Below, piece after piece: positions 14,675 through 20,000 of a stretch of 20,000 bases of DNA. The notes beneath the pieces were generated by a model, which worked only from the letters and a program-made list of their open reading frames with translations, searched no databases and was not told the DNA's origin. The number at the start of each line of letters is the position of its first letter. The first letter of the stretch is position 1. The position numbers and the translations under genes were made by a program. The stretch is from an uncultured virus (IMG/VR IMGVR_UViG_3300029951_000448) (Duplodnaviria > Heunggongvirae > Uroviricota > Caudoviricetes). The stretch lies in IMG/VR virus record IMGVR_UViG_3300029951_000448; one strand, given 5' to 3'.

Positions 14675-15789
14675 AGCGTTACCTGCGAGTCCGGTGCGTG
14701 ATTCTTGGCACCAACAGTCATCTCATAACCGCCGTCGAAACTCATGGTGCGATGGATGCTGTCGGGGAAGTACTGCTGATCGAAGGCTGTACCAGTGCCG
14801 GAAAACTGGATGATCGATGTGATGTCGAGGTTGTTGTCACCCGGCATCTCGAGATTTTCCAGCTTCATCTCATGGGCGACGAGTTGCTGATACCAGTTCT
14901 GCGCGTATTGCAATGCCTGGTCCTGCGTCAGGTTCGCGATCGTCTTGGAGTAAATCTGGCCACCCGCACCCACTGATGAGGATCCGACCTTGATCGTCTT
15001 GACATTCGACGGGTAGGAGACCGTAAAGCCCTTGGCGTACTTCTTGTTCCAGCTCCGGATCTTGACCTGAATGCCGCGGGAAACAGTCAAGGCCCGCTTC
15101 ATCTGCAGGTTTTCGAAATTCGCTTTCGGCCCCGCGCTGGTTGTCGCCACCTGATAGACGATCGGGTAAGGCGTCGTCGTGGCCGGGTCGGGAGGCGGTT
15201 GGAAGTAGAGCGATTGACCCCTCACCCACACCTTGAACCCTTCCTGATCGGCCAGATAGTTCAGGATGTCCCATTCCGACCGCTCATCACTCATGTTGAC
15301 GTGATCGATTTCGTAGTACTTCCCAACCTTCATCGTCGTTGCTGTGACAACCGGCGTCAGGCCATGCGCCTGGGCTAGTTGAGTCGCAATCTGGCTCGAT
15401 GTCTGGTTCGGCCACTTCTGCGTCGTCTTCGTATCGATGAAGACACGCGTCAGATCCCGTCCATCCACCTCAATCACGTTTGTAATTGGGTTGACATCGA
15501 TGTTGTCGACCTGGCCGTATATCCAACTTTGCAGGTCCGAGGCTGAGTAAGCATTCGGGTTCTGTGGGAAACCAATGAACAGCTCGATAAACATGTCCTG
15601 CTGGTTCGAAAACCAGATGGCATTGCGGTCTGTCGGCAGAAGTGCGCCGGCAAACTTGCAGCGGAACGTGTCGGCGCTGAAGAAGGAGGTATTGGTCAGA
15701 TCGAAATCCACCCAACCAGTAATCAGTTCGCCATTCAATTTGACTGCGCCCCGCGGCTGACGGCCAACCGGTGCGAGGAAAGCCGTCAT
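14671..15789 (-). CDS. Baseplate hub (P2 gpD / Mu gp44-like)
   Basis: ADTF...GQVDNI...GRDLT...SEWDILNYLADQEGF; position before the spike. Confidence 0.85.
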   Translation of the reverse strand: MTAFLAPVGRQPRGAVKLNGELITGWVDFDLTNTSFFSADTFRCKFAGALLPTDRNAIWFSNQQDMFIELFIGFPQNPNAYSASDLQSWIYGQVDNIDVNPITNVIEVDGRDLTRVFIDTKTTQKWPNQTSSQIATQLAQAHGLTPVVTATTMKVGKYYEIDHVNMSDERSEWDILNYLADQEGFKVWVRGQSLYFQPPPDPATTTPYPIVYQVATTSAGPKANFENLQMKRALTVSRGIQVKIRSWNKKYAKGFTVSYPSNVKTIKVGSSSVGAGGQIYSKTIANLTQDQALQYAQNWYQQLVAHEMKLENLEMPGDNNLDITSIIQFSGTGTAFDQQYFPDSIHRTMSFDGGYEMTVGAKNHAPDSQVTL

Positions 15790-16754
15790 GAGGAAAGGAC
15801 GCCGCCAGAAGTGCCGTTGTTATACGGCGGGATGATCAGGGTGTTGACGCCGGTCAGCGTCGGATCACTGAGGTTGTTGGCCTGCGCAATCTGCGTCCAC
15901 GCGCTAGGGTCGCCATACTCTTTCGAGGCGATATCGAACAGGTTTCCGCCGCCGACCGTGATTACTCGGCCACTCGAATTGATCTGACCGAGGTTCGTCT
16001 GCATCCGGCCCAGGAGGGCGCCAATCTGCGTGTACTGGACCTGCAATGTGGTCGCGTTAAGAATCGATGTGAACACGCCCACGTTTTGCAGGACCGGCAC
16101 GGATGGGAGAACGCCGGCCGGAACACCGACGCTCGCCAGAATGTTGTCGACAGAGCCAATCTGCGACTCAACGTACGAGACCGCCTGATGGATCGGACCC
16201 AATACCGAGGCAACCGTACTCAACGAGGCACCCACGAACGTTTTCACGATCGAGACTGCCGATGAAACCGTGCTCATCAGGCCGGAAAGCGTACTGTCTC
16301 CGGTTGCTGATGTGAGGGTATTGGCCGAGTCCAGATCGCCATTGATCAGGTCGTCAGCGTCAGGACCGGCATCGGCATAGACCGGCGCCGTCAGATCCTG
16401 AAGCACCTCGCAGACGATCTTGTACGGAATGCGGGCAAAGCGGTAATCCGGCTCGAACGACCTGATGTAGACCATCAGATACAGTTCATCCCACGACAGC
16501 GCGACCGGTTGCGCCGCGTCCTTCATTTGCGAGAGCGTCAGCGCGCGGTCGAGCGCCGACTGACCGTCCTGCGTTGGGAAAAAGTAACCGGACCACTCCA
16601 GCGGGCGCGGATCGCTGCCCATCGCATCGATGACACGTACACCGCCAACCAGTTTCTTGATCGAAAGTCGCTGATCCCCGCCAAACCCGATGACTTCCGG
16701 TATCTCGATATCCTGAAACGTGAAGTCTCCAAGGACGAGGGTGATGTCGCTCAT
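15786..16754 (-). CDS. Tail tube initiator with C-terminal LysM domain (gpU/gpX-like fusion)
   Basis: N-terminal LVLGDFTF...GGVRVIDAMG; C-terminal GGNLFDIASKEYGDPSAWTQIAQANNL...LIIP. Confidence 0.8.
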   Translation of the reverse strand: MSDITLVLGDFTFQDIEIPEVIGFGGDQRLSIKKLVGGVRVIDAMGSDPRPLEWSGYFFPTQDGQSALDRALTLSQMKDAAQPVALSWDELYLMVYIRSFEPDYRFARIPYKIVCEVLQDLTAPVYADAGPDADDLINGDLDSANTLTSATGDSTLSGLMSTVSSAVSIVKTFVGASLSTVASVLGPIHQAVSYVESQIGSVDNILASVGVPAGVLPSVPVLQNVGVFTSILNATTLQVQYTQIGALLGRMQTNLGQINSSGRVITVGGGNLFDIASKEYGDPSAWTQIAQANNLSDPTLTGVNTLIIPPYNNGTSGGVLSS

Positions 16755-18658
16755 TTCAGGGCCGGCATGGGGAGTGAAACGTTGTTGTCGACGCCGCCGA
16801 TGTACATACCGGAGCCGAGCGGGCCGGCGAAGTATGGCGAAACGGCGGTGGCGATCTTCCTGCCATCAAGATTGATCGTGGTATGGACTGGGCCACTTGC
16901 GCCACCCGAACCGCCAGCGACAGACGTGCTCGCATGCCCTTTGTCACCACCACCAAACATCGAACTGATCGCGCGGTACGGCCAAGCGAACGCATGGAGC
17001 ACGCTGCTTGTGGCATTCGATGCGGTCTGAACCGGAGCGGTATTGGATGCTGCTGCGATCGTGCGCAGGATGTCTGCGCCTTCCTTCAGCATGTTCGTGA
17101 TCGCCGGCAACATGGTCTTGCCGAACTGGTTCTTGAAGTCCGTCCACGCCGCGGTAAAGTCGTCTTCTGCACCACCGGCAGAACCTTTGTACATGTTCGT
17201 GACCTGATCGGCGCCCATCGCTCCCTTGGCGAGCTTGTAGTCCCGCACCAACTGGAATTGCTGGGTCGTCATGATCGACGCCTGATTCGACGCATTGCGG
17301 TTCGACAGCACGTCATTGACGGCCTTCAGGATTGCAGCCTGCGAGGTAATGCCTTTCTTCGCCAGCGCGGGCAGCAGGACGTCATTCATCCACCGTGCGG
17401 GGTCGGACTGGAGCAGGGCGCTATCCTTGATGTCACTCATAATCAGCGACTTCATCGGCTTGCCATTGATCTCGCCATGCGTCTGCATCTGCAAGGTCGC
17501 CAGGCCAAGGTCTTGCAGCAGGCCCATGGTCTTCTTCGGCGTACGGCCGGCGACCAGGTTCTGGTAGATGCTCATCATGGCGACGGCGGCTTTCGATCCC
17601 CCCTGCTCGATCATCAGGCCTTCCATGTGCTGGAGGCCTTCATCAGACAAACTGCGGAAAGCTGTACCGCCCTGCTGCGAGAAGTTGCCGAGGTCCTGAA
17701 ACTTCAGGAAACCGCCCGAACCGGTGACGAGCTTTTCGGCGAGGTCCAGATTGCGGGCAAATGACGCATCGTCTTTCGTCCCACCGCGCCGGTCGATGAA
17801 CTTCATCAGGCTTTTCAGGCCTTCGTCATCCAGTTCACCGACCTTGCTGCCGTAAATCGCAGCATTTGCCTTGCCGAGCGTCACTACCTGAGGTGTAAAA
17901 CGCTTCACCTCGTCAAACGAATTGAAGAGGCCGGCCGATTCGGCCATTGCGCTCATCAGTTCGGTCTGCGATACGCCGTATGCCTGGGTCGCCCTGGCAA
18001 ATTTATCGGCTTCTTCGTTGACCGCATCACCAAGACCCAGCGCCTTGAAGCGCATTGTGGCGTCCTGATAGTCCTTGGCGCCTTCGTAGAACTTATGCCC
18101 GACATACCCGGCCACCATCGCGGCGCCCAGCGGGATAAGTGCGTCATCCATCAGGCCGACACCGATACCGCCAATGCCTACGCCATGGTTGCCCATGTGC
18201 AGGTTGCCACCGTGGATTCGTCCACCGCCGTGACGACCGCCGCTCCCGCCGGCACCAGGAATGAGAGGTGGAACACCATTCCCGCCACCGCCCGGAACGC
18301 GACCGAGTGCGCGCATTCCAAGCAATTTCTTTTCGAGCAGATCCGCTTCAAGATTGGCGCGGTTCAGTTCCCGTTCAAGCCCAATGCCTGCGGTCGGGAT
18401 AGCACCATTGATGCCACGAAGCCGCTTTTCTGCGACGATTGCCTGATCACCGACACCCTTCAGGCCCGCATCGAGCTTGGCAGAGGCCACAATCAGGCCT
18501 TTGATGCCAGCGACTTCGGTGCCCATCGCCTTCAGTTGACGGGTGACGCCCGCAGCGAGTACGTCAACCCTTTCAAACTGTTCCGACAACTTGAGCAGTT
18601 GCGGCGTTACCAGGTCATTGAGCTTGAGCGTGGCGCCGATCGCATAGACGTCAATCAT
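16751..18658 (-). CDS. Tape measure protein (635 aa)
   Basis: Long Ala/Gly-rich helical protein upstream of the LysM/hub genes; C-terminal TTINLDGRKIA motif. Confidence 0.85.
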   Translation of the reverse strand: MIDVYAIGATLKLNDLVTPQLLKLSEQFERVDVLAAGVTRQLKAMGTEVAGIKGLIVASAKLDAGLKGVGDQAIVAEKRLRGINGAIPTAGIGLERELNRANLEADLLEKKLLGMRALGRVPGGGGNGVPPLIPGAGGSGGRHGGGRIHGGNLHMGNHGVGIGGIGVGLMDDALIPLGAAMVAGYVGHKFYEGAKDYQDATMRFKALGLGDAVNEEADKFARATQAYGVSQTELMSAMAESAGLFNSFDEVKRFTPQVVTLGKANAAIYGSKVGELDDEGLKSLMKFIDRRGGTKDDASFARNLDLAEKLVTGSGGFLKFQDLGNFSQQGGTAFRSLSDEGLQHMEGLMIEQGGSKAAVAMMSIYQNLVAGRTPKKTMGLLQDLGLATLQMQTHGEINGKPMKSLIMSDIKDSALLQSDPARWMNDVLLPALAKKGITSQAAILKAVNDVLSNRNASNQASIMTTQQFQLVRDYKLAKGAMGADQVTNMYKGSAGGAEDDFTAAWTDFKNQFGKTMLPAITNMLKEGADILRTIAAASNTAPVQTASNATSSVLHAFAWPYRAISSMFGGGDKGHASTSVAGGSGGASGPVHTTINLDGRKIATAVSPYFAGPLGSGMYIGGVDNNVSLPMPALK

Positions 18659-18672
18659 TTTTGGATTACACT
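18645..18672 (+). promoter_or_regulatory. Putative promoter for the antisense moron
   Basis: TAGACG (18645-18650), 16 bp, TACACT (18667-18672); overlaps the tape measure start codon on the opposite strand. Confidence 0.4.
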
Positions 18673-18695
18673 CAAGTACTTAGCACGGAGGAACG

Positions 18696-18911
18696 ATGGA
18701 AATCGCCGAATTCTTTGATCAAATGGAGCGCCAATATCGCAATCCCCCTTGGGATTGGCCTCGATCAATGGCCGAAGATCAACTCGATTTTTGGCAACGG
18801 GCATTCCCGCAGTGCGAGTTGGAAAGCGGCGCATATATCGGGGAGCAAATCATTCTTCGAGTAAAGGGCGGCGCCAATGTGATCACCCTCTCGAACCTGG
18901 AACTGGCATGA
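18696..18911 (+). CDS. Hypothetical protein (71 aa), antisense moron gene 1
   Basis: Strong SD GGAGGA; fills the gap between late genes; ATGA-coupled to the next gene. Confidence 0.7.
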   Translation: MEIAEFFDQMERQYRNPPWDWPRSMAEDQLDFWQRAFPQCELESGAYIGEQIILRVKGGANVITLSNLELA

Positions 18912-19159
18912 GGTTCATCTACCGCACGCACGAATGGCTGGCTGACCGGATTTCCTGGGTGCAATACCCGAAACCGCGCGTCAGGAACCACAACGGCTAT
19001 GCGACTGGCTGGAAACTTAGATGGCAGATGCGCAAGCCCATGAACCGGCTGTTTGCGCTGTTTCTGCCTACGATGATGCTGTTCGTGCCGTATGTCGGCG
19101 TGTATCTGGCAATTCTCAGCGTGATTTTTCTGTTTGCTTATTTCAATCGCCGCTGGTAA
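18908..19159 (+). CDS. Small membrane protein (83 aa), antisense moron gene 2
   Basis: ATG 18908 overlaps the upstream TGA; basic N-half, then ~33 hydrophobic residues (LFALFLPTMMLFVPYVGVYLAILSVIFLFAYF) and NRRW. Confidence 0.7.
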   Translation: MRFIYRTHEWLADRISWVQYPKPRVRNHNGYATGWKLRWQMRKPMNRLFALFLPTMMLFVPYVGVYLAILSVIFLFAYFNRRW

Positions 19160-19625
19160 TCCGTGGTCTGCGCCATCCCATGCCGGCGAGCCACGCAAAC
19201 ATCGTCTTGCCGATGATCATTCCGACACGCTCACGGCTATGGATTGCTGCAGGGCCGATGATCGGGCGAGGCGGTTGATTCGGCGTACCGAGGTCGAACC
19301 ACACCAGATGCGGATCGTCTGAACCAACCGCTGCCTCGTTCTTCTCTACCGTCCGCTGGACCGACTTCTGCATCTCGCCCGTGCGGTAACCTGGGTCGTT
19401 TTCCGAGTAACCAAGGCGCGCGCGCTCCTGTTTCGTCCGGTCGGCGAGTTCTTCCCACGCCGGATAGGGACCAATCTCGGGCTGGTACTCGCCGATGATC
19501 CCTTGCGCCGTCTTCTGGATCTCTTCAGCCGACTTGTCGACGATGTGATGCGTGACTTCCGGGCCTGAGACCGCAAGTCGCTCAAGATGCGCCGCAAACG
19601 CTGCGAAACTCTTGAACTCGGTCAT
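19143..19625 (-). CDS. HK97 gp10 / Mu gpG-like tail-completion protein
   Basis: WEELADRT...RTGEMQKSV...AVGSDD...FDLGTPNQPPRPIIGPA motif. Confidence 0.75.
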   Translation of the reverse strand: MTEFKSFAAFAAHLERLAVSGPEVTHHIVDKSAEEIQKTAQGIIGEYQPEIGPYPAWEELADRTKQERARLGYSENDPGYRTGEMQKSVQRTVEKNEAAVGSDDPHLVWFDLGTPNQPPRPIIGPAAIHSRERVGMIIGKTMFAWLAGMGWRRPRITSGD

Positions 19626-19798
19626 TTTTTGGCCTCGAAAGTGCGCGAAATGAAGCTGTACTGCTTGCCGCTTTCCAGTTCGGAAAACATGATCGACCAG
19701 GCCGTGCGCTTTATCTCATCCAGCGCAAACGCCACATCAAACGGAACGCCGTTCTTGACTAGCCACAGGCATTGCCGGATCGGTGTGGCGTCGACTAT
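19622..19798 (-). CDS. -1 frameshift extension ('T' part) of the tail assembly chaperone
   Basis: The -1 frame reads IVDATPIRQCLWLVKNGVPFDVAFALDEIKRTAWSIMFSELESGKQYSFISRTFEAKK*. It has no plausible independent start at its 5' end, and its stop overlaps ATG 19625. Confidence 0.85.
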   Translation of the reverse strand: MVDATPIRQCLWLVKNGVPFDVAFALDEIKRTAWSIMFSELESGKQYSFISRTFEAKK

Positions 19799-20000
19799 TT
19801 TTTTACGGCTTCGTCTTCCTCGTCATCTTCTTCAGGGTTTGGAAAGTGCTCCCTGATGCCCTGCTTGATGGCAACAAACCCTTCCTCGCCAAGACGGGAA
19901 ATCAGCGCGCGCATCTGGGCACGATTGCTCGGCGGCGGCGCCACTTCGCCCTTGATCGAAACCACGTAGATCGCGGGGATGCACATGATCCGGTAGACAT
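19795..20000 (-). CDS. Tail assembly chaperone ('G' part), 5'-truncated by window edge
   Basis: ...ALISRLGEEGFVAIKQG...EAVKK* ends on a slippery heptamer upstream of the tape measure region. Confidence 0.8.
   Translation of the reverse strand, partial: VYRIMCIPAIYVVSIKGEVAPPPSNRAQMRALISRLGEEGFVAIKQGIREHFPNPEEDDEEDEAVKK
19798..19804 (-). other. Programmed -1 ribosomal slippery site A-AAA-AAA
   Basis: GT[A AAA AAA] TAG at the end of the chaperone ORF. Confidence 0.85.

Noticed and set aside
9977..18658. Long opposite-strand ORFs (e.g. 13715..14701, 16883..17764, 11438..11980)
   Set aside because: They are shadow ORFs of GC-rich structural genes, with no motifs or SD.
11741..18658. Tailocin / eCIS / T6SS interpretation of the tail block
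   Set aside because: The linked integrase, attP and phage-style morons favour a true temperate phage, although head genes lie outside the window.
19622..19631. Second -1 slip (C-AAA-AAA) fusing GT to the gp10-like protein
   Set aside because: The heptamer is imperfect, and the -1 relation is automatic for an ATGA overlap, which ordinary translational coupling explains.
1..20000. CRISPR array or long tandem repeats
   Set aside because: None seen; the low-complexity stretches are coding (Pro/Ala/Ser linker, Gly-rich fibre).

Overview
The whole window is part of a temperate, contractile-tailed (myovirus-type) phage, probably of a Burkholderiales host (inferred from the tRNA-His fragment and gene content). 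It begins with the 3' end of a tyrosine integrase, followed by a 49-bp tRNA-His 3' fragment. Phage DNA and TGGGAA arm-like repeats lie on both sides of the fragment, which is an attP (excised/virion or tandem-junction) configuration. Next is a rightward accessory cluster with three LexA (SOS) boxes, including a symE/symR-like leader whose 27-aa uORF is coupled to an HNH-AP2-AP2 nuclease. The leftward late operon runs: tail chaperone with -1 frameshift, gp10-like gene, tape measure, LysM protein, hub, spike, baseplate wedges, tail fibre and chaperone, then a split lysis region (GH24 endolysin, holin-like proteins, two tiny lipoproteins, permuted papain-like enzyme). Three morons interrupt it: (i) a KorC-like HTH repressor / catalytically degenerate SGNH lipoprotein / beta-barrel cassette with its own promoter-operator and a ~100-codon dual-coding overlap, (ii) a SAM methyltransferase, and (iii) an antisense two-gene insert just before the tape measure gene. 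All family assignments come from motif recognition by eye; no searches were run.
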